Part shown: in pieces, positions 39,946-53,925 of the stretch
Position numbering within the stretch: the stretch's first letter is position 1
Layout: every line of letters starts with the position of its first letter
Assembly: GCA_951406725.2 (NCBI GenBank)
Contig: OX597814.1
Span: forward strand, 170,376,001 to 170,440,000
DNA from: Octopus vulgaris
Taxonomy: Eukaryota
Direction: 5' to 3'
Length of the DNA stretch: 64,000 bases
Translations under genes and position numbers: made by a program
Notes under the pieces: generated by a model
What the model was told of the DNA's origin: nothing
The model's input: only the letters and a program-made list of their open reading frames with translations
Database searches by the model: none

Positions 39946-40570
39946 GTGGAAACGCTATGTGATGAGGTGGAAATGGTGAGAGGGTTTTGTTATTTTGGAG
40001 ATAGGGTGGATGTAAGTGATGGATGTGAAGCAGCTGTGACAGCAAGAGCAAGACTTGGCTGGGTAAAGTTCAGGGAATGTAGAGTGTTATTATATGTGAA
40101 AAGGTTCTCCTTGAAGATGAAAGGAAGGGTTTATCAGAGTTGCGTGAGATCTGCAATGCTGTATGGGAGTGAGACATGGTGTCTGAGGGAAAGCAAAATG
40201 GCAATTTTGAGACGGACCGAGAGTGCGATGGTGGGAGCAATGTATGGTGTGAAACTATTGGATAAAAGGAGGGCTGAGGACTTGATGGGGATACTGGTAT
40301 CGGAGGAATCGGTGGAACAGCTGGCAAGCGCGAATGGAATGCAGTCATATGGAAATGTGTTCTGAGGAGAGTGCTTGAGTTTAAAGTGAATGAGCTGCAA
40401 AAGTAAGATCGACCAAAGAAAACGTGGAGGGGACAGGTGGAGGAGGAGATTGAGGAGGGTTGGCTTGAGGAGGAGGATGTCTAAAACCGGGCGAGATGGT
40501 GTGAGAGCAGTTGCTGTAAGAGTGAGGTAGATCTAGCCACCCCTGTTAATGGGGACAAACCCGGATTTAA
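39946..40570 (+). mobile_element. RTE-clade LINE 3' fragment (reverse transcriptase C-terminal region)
   Basis: Translation FCYFGD...VTARARLGWVKFRE...KGRVYQSCVRSAMLYGSETW is the typical RTE post-RT signature. 5'-truncated and frameshifted near 40340. Confidence 0.85.
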
Positions 40571-40679
40571 AATATTGGGATTCATTCATATCTTTAAACA
40601 TTGTTTAAGATTTGTTTTCCTTTAATCTCTGATTTTAATAAATATTTATTGCCAAATAACTCCAACTTTGTCTCCTCAG

Positions 40680-41398
40680 ACCAGAATAGCTGACCAAAAA
40701 CTGGACTGTTGCTTCAGATAACCTCTGATGAGACAAAGTTGGTGTTATTTGGCCACATGGGTACTGAATACGTCTTGAGGAAGAAAGGAGAAGCATACAA
40801 GCCAAAGAACTTTGTGCCCACTGTCAAGCATGGTGGTGGAAGCATAATGCTATGGGGATGCATCTCTTTCAGTGACACAGGTAACCTTGTTGAAGTCCAT
40901 GGAATCATGAGGAAAACAAGTGAGAACTTGTGGTGAGACTTGAAGACCTGAGTGATGGTTAGGAAACCAACCAACCTGACACCACTCGAGGCTTTCGCTA
41001 ATGAAGAGTAGGCCAATATCTCATAGGAGACATGCAGGAAGCTTGTGAACACATACAGGAATCATCTAGAAGCAGACATAAAAAACAAAGGCTATGCTAT
41101 TGATTACTAAAGGAAGATATCAGACTCAACAAACCTTGAGTATGAATAATTTTGAACAGCCAAACCATCTAACCCATGCCAGCATGGAAAGCGGACATTA
41201 AACGATGATGGTGATGCTGGTGGCACTTTTTGAAAATCCATGAATAAAATAACACTGAAATGAAGAATTTCTTGAATTATGTATTGATGTTATTTTTTCA
41301 CTTGCTGGTCACATATAACTCACAAACAAACTTGACAAAATGCATTCATTTCATCACAAAATAATTTTGAGATGAATAATTTTGAGGACAACTGTATA
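40680..41398 (+). mobile_element. Tc1-like transposon remnant with IR/DR-type right end
   Basis: SDETKLVLFG...PTVKHGGGSIMLWGC motif. ATGAATAATTTTGA is repeated at about 41142 and 41372, and the element ends ...GGACAACTG-TA. Confidence 0.8.
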
Positions 41399-44300
41399 TA
41401 TATGTGTGTGTGTATGTGTGGCAGATGCCAGCGCCGCCTGACTGGCATCCGTGTTGGTGACACGTAAAAGCACCAACCGATCGTGGCCGTTTGCCAGCCT
41501 GCTCTGGCCTCTGTGCCGGTGGCACGTAAAAAACACCCACTACACTCACGGAGTGGTTGGCATTAGGAAGGGCATTCAGCTGTAGAAACACTGCCAAATC
41601 AGACTAGAGCCTGGTGCAGCCTCCATGGCTTACCAGACTCCGGTCGAACCGTCCAACTCATGCTAGCATGGAAAACGGACGTTAAATGATGATGATGTAT
41701 ATCCACTCTACCTAAAATTTTGAGTTTTATATCAGATGTTTTCAACTGTTACATTTCAATGTATATAGAAAATTTATGTATGTGTGTGCGACCAGGAATT
41801 CATTGGTGAGTGTACCTTCCTTTTTTAGGACAACTGTATATATAGTGTGAATTAACTTAGATTTGGCTACTATTTCCAGCAGCCATTATTCATAGAAACT
41901 TTCTAGTTGGTTCACAAACTAATTTGAGTGATATATACCTCATGAGCATGTGAACTAAAGCAACATAAGATTATGCATGCTGTATAGAAATTTTATAGAA
42001 TCACTGCTGCAACAAAACATGTTAGATATCGAACTACTCAAACTGTGCCACTTTTAGTAACTGTGTTACTTTTAGAAATGCAAATACCGTTAAATGCATT
42101 TATTTCATAGTAATAATAATAACCCTTTTGTTGGACATTTGTCATGCTGTTTACATGGAATCACAACAATACCATTGTTGCTCTCTCCAGAAAATTCATA
42201 GATTCTCTCCTGGAAATTGATTTCTGCGCGTAATTCTGTTTATATATATAAACAATGAATTGTCTTGGTAGAAAAGGATGCTTCATATTTTGGTTATATG
42301 TAATACATAGTTTAAAATCTCCATGTGGTATAAACCTAGTTTCTGCTGTAAAACTGTTTTAACATTTTCTTGAGAATTAATTATTTCTGCTGTTTACAAA
42401 AGAAAAAAACGCAATAAAAATCAATTTTTAAGTTTTATTGCAAATAATGGAGTATAATGAAAAATGTGACATGGTAATGATCTTCACCTGTTTGGAATTT
42501 GATTTACACACACACACATACGTAAAACAACATAATCAAGATAGATGAGACTGACTTTATCTATGCACAAGATCACATGTTTATAGAAGGAAATGAAACT
42601 GTGTTACATTAATGCCCATTTTCATGAACATTTGTGGTAAATCAAATTGAGATTTGAAACCAGCTCGACTATAGACACTTAATTATAAGCTGTTAACCCT
42701 TTGCCTTCCCTAATATCATGTGATATGCAAGACATGCCCCCCCCCCCCCCGGGGGGGTATCCATATGTCAAGTACGACACACATTCCTAATTTTTTTCAG
42801 CCACCAGAGTGGCTTAGGGATTATGAAAGGAAAGGATTCTCTTACTTTGAGCCCTTGAAACAAGGGCTAACTAGAATTCTGAAAACAAGCTTGGACGCTT
42901 AGGTCAGATTTGTGAAAATGATTTAAACCTTTATCATTCAGATTACTCCTTCAAATGTAATAGTGACATTTTCAAAATGTGATTGCTTAGTTTTAGATAT
43001 TGTAGGTTTAGAGAATTGAGAAGCCAGATATAGATGGTTTGAATACTAAAGGATTAATGTGATTAGTTGCTCTGTTAGAAATAATAGCCAAATCTCTCAA
43101 GCCACACTCTACTATCTTTAAAAAGGAAAGACATATTGGAAAGATAAATGTATTTCTAGATAGCCCTAAAAACATGCTTTTGGTCAAAGTTTTGCTCCAT
43201 TAGATGTGAGCTGAGCATAAACAACAGCTCCTCCTTTTACTGGTTTGATACTTATTTTGTTGACCTCAGAAAAATGAAAGGCTAAGTACATGAAATTAAA
43301 ACACCTGTGACACGTAAAAAGCACCATCCGAACGTGCTTGATGCCAGCGCTGCCTTGACTGGCCTCCGTGCCAGTGGCACGTGAAAAGTACCAACCGATC
43401 GTGGCCGTTGCCAGCCTTGCCTGGCATGTCAAAAGCACCCACTACACTCACGAGTGGTTGGCGTTAGGAAGGGCATCCAACTGTAGAAACACTGCCAGAT
43501 CAGACTGGAGCCTGGTGCAGCCTTTTGGCATCCCAGACGCTGGTCGAACTGTCCAACCCATGCTAGCATGGAAAATGGACATTAAATGATGATGATGATG
43601 ATGAAAGTAAAAGGCTATAACTAAATTCCAAAAAATCTTTTTATTCACTGTTCAAACAATCTGCTATCATAATTATGTGATGAGAAAGATGTACATGTTT
43701 TTCTTCAAGAAATTACATATTTCAGTGTCAGTAGTGGAAATTCATATTCTTTTCTTTTAGTGGCTTCACCCAGAGTCTGGTGCTATATATATATATATAT
43801 ATATAATTTTCAATGTTCAAAACTCTCTTCTTTATTATGTCTTGTAAAAAGGGGTTCTGTCTTCAGTGTAAATGCATCAGTGAGCTTTTCTTTCCATGTT
43901 ATTAGTTAAGAATTACTGGTTAAAATAATGAACTCTTGTGATGATGTTGATATATAAAGTTGATATCACAAATACTCAAAAAATAGATATGTATATAATC
44001 ACTGTGGCCTGGCATTGTGTTTGCATTTAAAAAACTTTTTTTTTTAATGGTTTACAAGGATGCACTGCATCTCATTTTAGATATTTTCCTAATTAGTTGT
44101 GGGGAAATTGTGGAAGAAATCATTACTCGTGGGCTGCTGTAGTAGGAAGTATTATGTCAGTATAATGAACTGAGGCTGGAGAGACCTGGCCTGAAAGCTC
44201 TTGCTGAAGAGTGTTAAAGGCATCCAAGGATTAGATCTTTCACTTATAAGTATTTACAATTTGACAGGCTGTCTTGGGTTTTTTTTTTACATGAAGATAC

Positions 44301-45030
44301 TGGCTTAAGGTTCCACTCTGTTGGGTCAGACTGGAACCACATGATAGTTTTTATCTATTCATTGACTGCAACCATGCTAGGGCACTGCTGCCTTGAAGTG
44401 TTTGGTCAAACAAATTGACCCCGGTATTTATTCTTTGGGGGCTTATTCTATCAGTCTCTTCTTGCCAAACTGCCGATTTATGGAAACATAAACAGCCAAT
44501 ACTGGTTGTCAAGTGGTGTTAGGGGACAAACACACACACACGTCAGGTTTCCATACAGTTTCCGTCTACCAAATTTACTCACAAGGTATTGGTTGGCCTT
44601 GCACTTAGCCATGTCTGTAATAGATGTGTTACTTTTTTTTCTCTTATATTTTCTTTTTATTCCTGTATAAAGATTAATGAAAATGAAATATATACATATT
44701 CCACATGTTAAAGAGTATCTATTTTCTTCAGAACTGTTTTATTATTATATAATGCCTTTAATATTGCTCTTAATTCATTTTCCATTTCATATCAAACTTT
44801 CTCATGTTATAATTGTGTAATCATGTAATATGCTGTGTTTTTGTATGCATGTCTGTATGCATCTGTGCATGTATGTGCACATATCATGTGTAAATAAATC
44901 ATTTCTCATGCCATGTTATATTTAACATAAGTCTATAACGATTTTTTTTTTAATTCTATACTGAATACTTATTTTTCTTTAAAACTTTTTTAAACTTTTT
45001 TTTTTCCATTTTATTAAAATTTTTATTCAG

Positions 45031-45075
45031 GTGGGTTTTTGAGACCATCCCCTGTCCGGTTAGGCAAAAAGCCAG
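45031..45075 (+). CDS. EZH2: Putative 45-nt symmetric (phase 1-1) EZH2 microexon, (S)GFLRPSPVRLGKKP
   Basis: Extended U-rich tract ending TTTTATTCAG, donor CAG|GTAGG, GC-richer than its flanks. Joins 28476 to 57359 without a frameshift or stop. Confidence 0.6.
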
Positions 45076-46929
45076 GTAGGGCTTCTCTATTAATATATCC
45101 TCTAGATATTTTCTGCCTCATATACTTCTGTTGTTGTTTTTTTTCTCTTTTTTTATTTACATTATTTTGGTTTTATACATACATGTTTGTTTTTTTTTAC
45201 GTATTTATATTAATTAAATATGTATAAATATACATTGAATATATATATAGTGTAATGTTCCGTTTATTGGTGTTTTCAGTAAAGAAGTATTCTATCCAGC
45301 AATAGATGAATATTTAATATACACATAATTTTAAATTGAGCTACTGTAAGTTCCATGCTTATAGTACTGAAGTTGGGTGAGTTTGTATAGCATGCCATAT
45401 GCTATTGGGCAATCTGTCAAACTCGAGATACAACATGGCTGTTCTCTTAGAAAACAGGAGAAAGAATGAAAGAAAAAGGCACATGACAAAAAGAGACCAA
45501 AAAAATGCATGATGAAGGATGTCCCCTTAGTCTATTAAAGTGGGAATAAATGATGGTTAAAGTGATTAACTCAACAGAGAAAGGTTAAAGTTTGTCAGAC
45601 AGTATGCTTGATCTGGAAACTCCAATGACCTACTGAATTCCAGATATGAAATTTTTACTAGGTGCAAGCATATGGATAACTTTCTACTATTGAACTGGAG
45701 AATACCACCCTCTCCAGATTAAGCATAATGTCGTTCTCTGTTGAATGAACCACTCTAACTATTGTTGATTCCCACTTTAATACATCAAGACGATACAACT
45801 CATACTCTCTTCCTTCTGTACTTTTTACTTTATCTTTTTTTGTTATGTGTTTGTTTCTCTCAGAGAGCAACCATGTATCTTGAGTCTAAAAGATTGCCCA
45901 TTTGTACATGACATATTATACAAGGTTACTCAGCTATAGTACTATTGTTAGCATGAAACTTATAGTATCTCAATTTTAAATCCTGTGTACATTAAAGATT
46001 ATTTATATATATATAATGGAAATGTGATTAGAGGAATTACTCAGTGGTCAGTGGCATGAATTTAGACTGCAAAGATGAAGAAGCATATGTTAATTATTGT
46101 ACAAAATAAATTCTTGATTTCATGGAACCATCTTCATTTTAAGAGGAAGGGAGACAAATTAACACCCTTAGTAGTGATTGCTACTGATTCTAAGTGATAA
46201 GGGATGATGATTTTGAAAGGAATCAAGTGTTGTCATACCTTAACATCGGCCAGACATAAGAATTAAAGATATACAGAATATTGTACAAGATAAATTTTTG
46301 ATTTAAAGAAACTGGTTTTGCTGAGAGAAAGGAAGCAAATACCTAGTGATGATTGCTACCAGCTCCAAATGAACAGGAGTGATCAAAAGGAATTAAGAAT
46401 TCTTTTAACCAAATTAACATGCCATTAAGTAATAAGTAAATTTTTTTTTTTTTTTTTATGGAGACAAGACTACAGCTGTGAATGTGTGTTTCTGCCCCAG
46501 AACAGCATTATCAGAACAGCATTGTTTTACCTTGTCTCCATCCAGACTTAAGTCTTAGACATAAAAAAATTATTTAAGAACATATACACATATATGGTAA
46601 ATGTATGAGCCAAATACTGAGATTTACTCTAAGCAATTGATATTCCTCCCTTGTAATTTGTGCCCTTGTGATTATTATTTTATTGTTTATTTTATATTTT
46701 ATGTTAAATTATTTTTTTGTATTATCCTTTCCTTCTGAAATGAATTTTTTTTTTAAAGATTATTTTCAAATTTCTATATATTTATGTATATATTTCTATG
46801 TTTCTAAGTTATCTTATGGCAACTGCTAGCATAGGTTTGTTTCTTTAAAAAGGGGTCAGGCTTAACATTCTTCTTTCTTTGATTGGCTCTGCTTCACTAT
46901 CCTCACAAATAACATCAACAGCAATAATA

Positions 46930-47885
46930 ATAATGGTTTCAAATGTTGCCACAAGGGCAGCAATTTTGCAGGGAGGGGATGAGTTAATTACATCAACCCC
47001 AGTGGTACTTATTTTATTGACCCTGATAGGATGAAAAGTAAAGTTGACCTCAGCAGAATTTGAACTGAGAATGTACCAACGAGTGAAATGCCACTAAGCA
47101 TTTTGTCCAGTGCACTAACAATTCTGTCAGCTCGCTGCCTTAATAAGTTTGGAGGAGGGGGGCTAGTTGATTACGTTGACCCCAGTGCTCAACTGGTCCT
47201 TATTTTGTCAACCTTGGTGGAAATTGAACTCAGAACATAAAGTCAAACGAAATACTGCTTAGCATTTCTCCCAGAATAATAAATAATAATAGTAATAATA
47301 ATAACCATGATAATGGTTTCAAATTTTAACACAAGGACAGCAGCTTAGTGAGAGTGTGTAAGTTGATAACATTAACTCCAGTGCTTGACTGGTACTTATT
47401 TTATCAATATCAAGAGTATGAAAAGCAAAATCGACCCTAGCAGAATTTGAATGTAAAAAGGCCTGAAGAAATTCTGCTAAGCATTTTCATTTGCTGTGCT
47501 AATGATTCTGCCAACTCACTGCCTAATAATAATCTTTTCTACTATAGGTACTAGTTGATTATGTTGACCCTGAAAGGGTGAAAACCAAAGTTGGCCTTAA
47601 CGGAATCTGAACAAAGACCAAAGCTGGAAGAAATATCACAAAGAATTTTGTCTTGTGTTCCAATAATTCTGCCAATTCTTTGCTTTAATGATAATGATAA
47701 TGCTTTCAAATTTTGGCACAAGGCTATCAATTTTGAGAAAGGGATAGGTTGACTCCGGTGCTCAGCTGGTACTTATTTTATCAACCTTGAATGGATGAAA
47801 AGCAAAGTTGAACTCAGAACATAAATGCCGCTAAGCATTTTGCCTGGTGTGCTAATGATTCTGCCCGCTTGCCGCCTTACTAATA
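46930..47885 (-). repeat. Head-to-tail cluster of five diverged family 2 SINEs separated by (TAA)n
   Basis: Units start at about 46933, 47145, 47311, 47533 and 47700. Each has parts of the GGTACTTATTTTA / GATGAAAAG / GAATTTGAAC / CTAAGCATTT motifs. Confidence 0.85.
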
Positions 47886-49271
47886 ATAATGATAATGTCT
47901 TTCTATTTTTCTAAGTCTGTTTCTCTAACAATAACCACAATAGATAAATAAATAGATAAAGCAGTAAAGATTATTTTAAAATCTTTCTTCTCCAAGAATT
48001 CCATAGGTTATGTTGCACAAACACAATACACTTTATCTGTTACCTTTGTATGCCTCCACTGGCCGTGTAAACTTTCTTTGATTATCCTGTGAGGAGACAC
48101 ACAGTTGGGTCTTGCAGTAAGGTAGAGACATTTGGTTGTATTATTCAATTTCTGGTGCTTTCTTTATTATCATATATTACTGATTGACCTTATTACTGTG
48201 TGAAAAGAAATTTCTTTACACTACTGAAGTGAAAAGAAAATTCTATTCATAGCTGTAGAGAAGATTGTAGATAAAAAATAATATGGCTTATTGGAGCATT
48301 GAATCATTACAAAATATTTACTTGTCTTCTGGTTTGTCTGACGCTTGTGCTGACAACTTTTTTGTCTACACTGAAGTTTTTGTTTTAGAACTTCTGGAAG
48401 GACCTTTTTTTTTTTTTTTTTTAACAACAGCTACTTTCATAAGGAGAAATAGATAGAAGTGTTGGGTATGACACATTCTGCAATTTAATTCACAGCTTTA
48501 TTTCACTGCTTATAATAACATTTTGTGAAATGAAATAAGTTCATGTGCTGTGAAAGAGAAATGAGGTGTGATGCTTTTGATGGACAAGACCTTTCTTTGT
48601 AGAAATGAATGGTGTTGACTAGAAAGTTATCCTGCAATGCACAAGTCCGGGCAGATTTGTTTATGGAAGACTATCAGTCACCTGTGCATACCAGCCTGTC
48701 CTCTCCATGCTACTGATGCTATCGAAGGGAAAGACAAAGGCCAATACAGCTTGGCACCAGTGACGTCGCAACTCATTTCTACAGCTGAGTGAACTGGAGC
48801 AATGTGAAATAAAGTGTCTTTCTCAAGAACACAACACACAGCCTGGCCTGGGAATCAAACTCACTACAACCTGAGCCATGCATATATATATGCATATGGT
48901 TCAAAATGTACCAAAAACAGAAAACAGACAGGCTCCATTTAGGTCTCTTCTGATTCTAAGTCTCAGTTTAATGCCCTCCCTCACTCACTCATTATTCTCT
49001 TATCTGTCATTAACCTCCTCTCTTATCAAGGCATCTCCTTACTACTACTCTCTTTCTATCTCTCACTCCCTATCATCATCATTTAACATCCGTTGTCCAT
49101 GCTGGCATGGGTTGGACAAGTTGATAGAGCCCTTACAGTGTCAGATAGAATAATCGTAGCATTTGTTCTGGCTCTGTCTCCACTGTTCAAATGCAACCAA
49201 AGTCAACTCTATCTTTCTTTCTCCCACTGTCACTCACTCTCCTTCCCTCCCTCCCTCCTCCTGTCTCTCTC

Positions 49272-49309
<38 letters not shown>

Positions 49310-51242
49310 CCCCCACACACACACACACACACTATTTCACTTTGATTCTCTTCCATCATTCTTTCTTCTGTCATCCCAAAGATCTGATCCTCTTTCATCT
49401 CTCTTCGACCTGCTGGGTATGAAATAACCTTCTGAAGCTGTTAAACGGACACATTTTAGTTAGCTTGACAGTAATACTATCTTTCTAGTGTTGGTCACGA
49501 TAAGATACATTCAGTGAATTCTGTAAAGTGATTGGTGAATGAACAAGCACAGCATAAGATAAAAACTCTTTACACTTCTGAAAGACATGACTGCTTCTGG
49601 AGTGTTCATGGCACGATAAAATATAACCCTGTATACCCTAAAAAAAAATCATTGACAGGAAGAAGAGTATCCAGCTGTTTTAAACATGATAAAATTGGAA
49701 TATATAAACAGTTGTGGTTCCTCTGCAACTCTTGCTGGAAAAGTGAATGTAAAAACAGTGCTGATAATAAGGCAGCCTATATAGTGACAGTCAATTAATC
49801 CTCAGTAACTTCTCATTGCATTATCTTCAGTTAGTTTTGCTCTGTACACACACGTGTCTTTTATGAAGCACTTACTGTTGTGTTTCTATTTCTGTGAACT
49901 TGGTTGTGATTAGATTGAATTTGTGTATTTCAGGTTTAGAATAAGGTACACCATATCTCTGTATGTTGTAAGAGCATCTAGAAGAGGCTAACAAGAAGGG
50001 TATCCAGCTATAAAACACTGCCTCAGAAAAAAAAATTTCAGTTTTTGCCATCATAGAAAAACACTTGTAAAATGTTAAGCTTAAATTTTTGTGTTGTAAT
50101 ATTATTTAAGCAACAGCAGCTAAGAGCTTATGGTATTTGTATGTTATAAGAAAATACTTCTTATCAAAGACAGGAAATTGCTAGCTTCTTTAAACTCATG
50201 TTCAGGCTAGGAAGCTGGTGGTGGTGGTGGTGGTTAAAACCCAGATGGCATCCTCATCCAATTTTTACTGATTTGTGGAACATTTTCTGCATTTTGCTTA
50301 GAGCTGTTTCTTGCTGATGCATCTTTGTAATAAGGTGAAATCTGATTGAATATTTCTGTGAAGGGGCAAGGTGAGGAGAGGCTGGTTGGGTTTCTGTTAA
50401 TTATGCAAACTATATCTTCATTTAGATTTCTATATATGTAGAGCTTGTTTAGTCAGAGATATGCTATTTTTAAATTCCTTAAACATGCTTATTATATCTT
50501 CTCCAAACATATCCATGCTGTTGCTATTCAAGTCATGTGAATGCTAGTCCTTTGTTCCTATATAATCCTATGGAGGGAGAAGTTTAGATACCATTAAAAG
50601 GATGACACACAACTAACTTTTACTTTTCAGCGCCATCAAAGCTACTTGTGGAGACACCAAAACATCTGCTCTTTCTTTCTTGAACAAGGCATCATCATAA
50701 AACAAAAGCTACTTTACTGGACATTATTGTAATGCAGATGTCAAATTCATTAATAGTAGTAAATATTTTCCTGAATTCTATGTGTAATTATGTTTTTGTA
50801 TTTATTCATCCAAAGTTCATGATTGAGATCCAGAGATATAGGTAACAAAAAAAAAGATGAATCATCTTTTCGTGTCCTAAAAGATCTTATATAACAAGAA
50901 ACTCTGTTATGAAGGAGAGAGCCAACAACTTCATATGAATAACTTCTTCATGTATTGGGATCAGTAAATGCTTGTGTTGCCACCATCATCATCATTATTT
51001 TGTATTTCATTTTTTCTTTGCTAACATGGGTTAAATGGGACATTTGGAGGCAGTGTTTTATGCCCAGATACTATTCAATCACCTCTTATAGGTTTATCAC
51101 ACACTGGCACATGCAGGTATCCAATGGTTTCATCTGGAGGAAGAGCTGTGTTCATAAAGCCTCAGCAGGCTCTGAGACCAGTGTATCCACATAGTTTCTG
51201 TTCTCCTGGAGCAACGACAGAGAAATCATCAACAGTATAGAT

Positions 51243-51571
51243 CAAGGGTTCTAACTATTTTTTATCTGTAGACCCCTTTGATTACTATTTTATTCTGGTA
51301 GACCCCATAGCCATTCGATATTTAAAAACTACTTATATAAAAACTTCTTTCAATGTTCCTATTTTGTTTTTCTCCACATTAAATTTATGTAGGTTGGACT
51401 ATGTAAAATGTTAGAGAAAGAAACTGTGCTGTTTCTTGCAATGCACACCAATACATACATCTGAAGCAAAATTTTTAATGGGCCCTTAAAATACTATTGT
51501 GGATCCCCAATTTACTATTTCGTTGCATGGACCCCCCAAAATTTTATATGGACTCCAGTTGAGAACCACTG
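51243..51571. mobile_element. hAT (Charlie-like) MITE
   Basis: CAAGGGTTCTAAC...GTTGAGAACCACTG TIRs, 8-bp TSD GTATAGAT/GTGTAGAT. Related copies at about 10225-10570 and inverted at about 52180-52385. Confidence 0.8.
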
Positions 51572-52562
51572 GTGTAGATAGTTAAGATTGTGATAATGAT
51601 GAACTGAAGTAGTTTTTGAGTGAGGGAATGTGGGAGGAATGAGTGGTTTTGAATGGCCCCTAGTTGGAGGTGGTATGAGAACAATTAATTATTTTTATGG
51701 GTGTGTGCACATAGATGTATGCATATTTGTGTATTTAGAAGTATGTGTTGTATGTATAAATTAAGAGCTACGATGTTAATATGAATGATATACAACATTG
51801 TAAGTAGCAGTTATTCGGTTTTCCATACAGCAGCTGGAGGGGGTCTCTACTAGCACAGCATATCACTACTTCCTGTGGTTCTTTGTCATCTTTGTGATGT
51901 TTCACCTCCAGAGATCAGCTTTCACCATTTTTTCCCCATCTCTAGTTTCATTTTAATGCTCCATAGTTGTGTATGTGTGTATTTGTTGGTGTAAGCTATT
52001 GTCGACTTTTGTTCTTTTATGTCAGAAGTTAGCTGTTTGTAAAACAGTGATTGTACCAGAGTCAATATAACTAACTACATGCCCTTGAAGTTGGCATCTC
52101 AGTTTGTTTGTAGTCCAGTGTTTGAAAGTATTTAACAATTATATGTGTAAAAAGAATGTATATGTGGAGATATGTAAGTAATTATATTGCAAGAAACAGC
52201 TCAGTTTCTTTCTCTAAGATTTTACATAGTTCAACTTACACAAGTTAATGAGTGAAAAACGTAATAGAAATTTTGAAAAAAGTATCTATAAAACTAGTTT
52301 TTAAGCATTGAATGGCTATGGGGTTCCACCAAAATAAAATAGTAATTAAAGGGGGTCTATAGTTAAAAATGGTTGAGAACCCTTGCAAGTGGCAAAGCAA
52401 GCATCACTAGTGCTGGTGAAGTGATTGACATTAGAAAGGGCATCTGACCGTAGAAATTGGTGGATAACACAGTCTTTGGGTGTTAAATGATAATATTGAT
52501 GACAACAAGGATATACACAAACATTCTTGAATATAAGATTTATGCAAGTTTTCTTTATCATA

Positions 52563-53306
52563 CTAGCTGCGAAGCTTCCCGAAGGGCAGCATTCATGTTA
52601 GTTCCACTATTGGGCCCGCCTTGTGGCCCTCTACCCTTGTGTAACTTGATTTGAATGTACATGAAGATATTTCAAATGCCCAAACTTATTTCTGCGAATG
52701 TGCTAAGCACTGATGCTGATCATAGTTTAATCAATATGTGTGGAAGCAAGGTAAATGCAGTAAAGTAGTGGGGTCAGTGGACCCCCATTTAACCCTTTTG
52801 TTACTGTATTTATTTTGAGATGCTCTGTGTTTCTTTCAATTATTTTAAATATAACAAAGAATTTAGTAAAACAACTTAGTTATCATTAAGCTAGTGTGTG
52901 GAACATAAATTTAGACTAAGGCTTGGTGGAAGATTTTAATTCAAAACCTATGAAAACAAGACATTTTACCACAGAGCCAGAGCCGGGTTAGTAACAAAAG
53001 GGTTAAGCGGCCCTTCAGAAATTGAACCTCCTTACGATACTCCCTGGGAGTTCATAGTATGAAATTTATTGTCATTGCTCTGATTTGGTTGCCATTGCCA
53101 TGTATTTAGTTTAAAATGCAGTAAAAATAGTGGTGGTTGGTGGGGCTCCAATTAGGTGGCCTTTAAGAAAATAGACCCCTTAGAACATTCCCTGAGATTC
53201 AGAGAGTTGCTGGTTTGAGTTTCATTGTCCTTGAACCAACAGTCTAGGAGTTAACGATAATAAAAATGTAACGGACAGAGAAACATCACTCAGATTTATT
53301 ATAGGA
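52563..53306 (-). mobile_element. Helitron-like element carrying a nested MITE A (52789-53006)
   Basis: The - strand starts A|TCCTATAATAAATCTG and ends CTAG|T next to a GC hairpin (+ strand GCTGC...CTTCCCGAAG..GCAGC). Confidence 0.65.
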
Positions 53307-53925
53307 TGTGTAATGATTTCTGTATAAATTGTCTGGCATTTTCTTTATTATATCCGATGTATTTTGAGTATAATTTCTTAATACATAAATCTGTCTCCTG
53401 ATTTCAGCACTTGTAACAAAGAGAAGCTGTAAGTCAGCTTCTATACAGCAAGAGAATACAAACTGTAAGTGCTTCTGTTCTATATATTGTATATGCGCAC
53501 ACACTTACACACACTCACAATACTATATACACACATACTTTCATACACACAGACTCACAATAATATATACAGTTATGCAATATTATATACAATTAACCCC
53601 CTGTTTTTTCTCCTTTAAAATTTAATGGATTTTGGATTTCATAGACTGAAAAATAATAATAATAATCATTATGATGACGATCACAACTATAGGTACAAGG
53701 CTTAAAATTTAAAAAGAGGGGATAAATTGATTACATCGACCTCAGTGCGTAACTGGTACTTAATTTATTGACCCCGAAAGGATGAAAGGCAACATCGACC
53801 TCAGCGGAATTCGAACACAAAACATAGTGACAGGCAAAATACTGCTAAGCATTTCACCCAATGTGCTAATGATTCTGTCAGTTCACCACCTTAATAATGA
53901 TGATGATATTAATTATAATAATAAT

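Noticed and set aside
42712-42760. C-run immediately followed by a G-run (hairpin or G4-like)
   Set aside because: It lies just inside a TTAACCCTTT transposon-like end, homopolymer lengths are error-prone, and nothing supports a function.
45658-45870. - strand 70-aa ORF with protein-like composition
   Set aside because: No recognisable family or convincing splice sites. It may be a decayed retroelement ORF and cannot be supported without a search.
46095-46400. Old tandem duplication with a period of about 185 bp
   Set aside because: Highly diverged, with no ORF or structure; looks like neutral intronic duplication.
46930-47885. CRISPR-like or satellite periodicity
   Set aside because: The units are diverged SINEs of about 200 bp in a eukaryotic intron, not short identical repeats with unique spacers.
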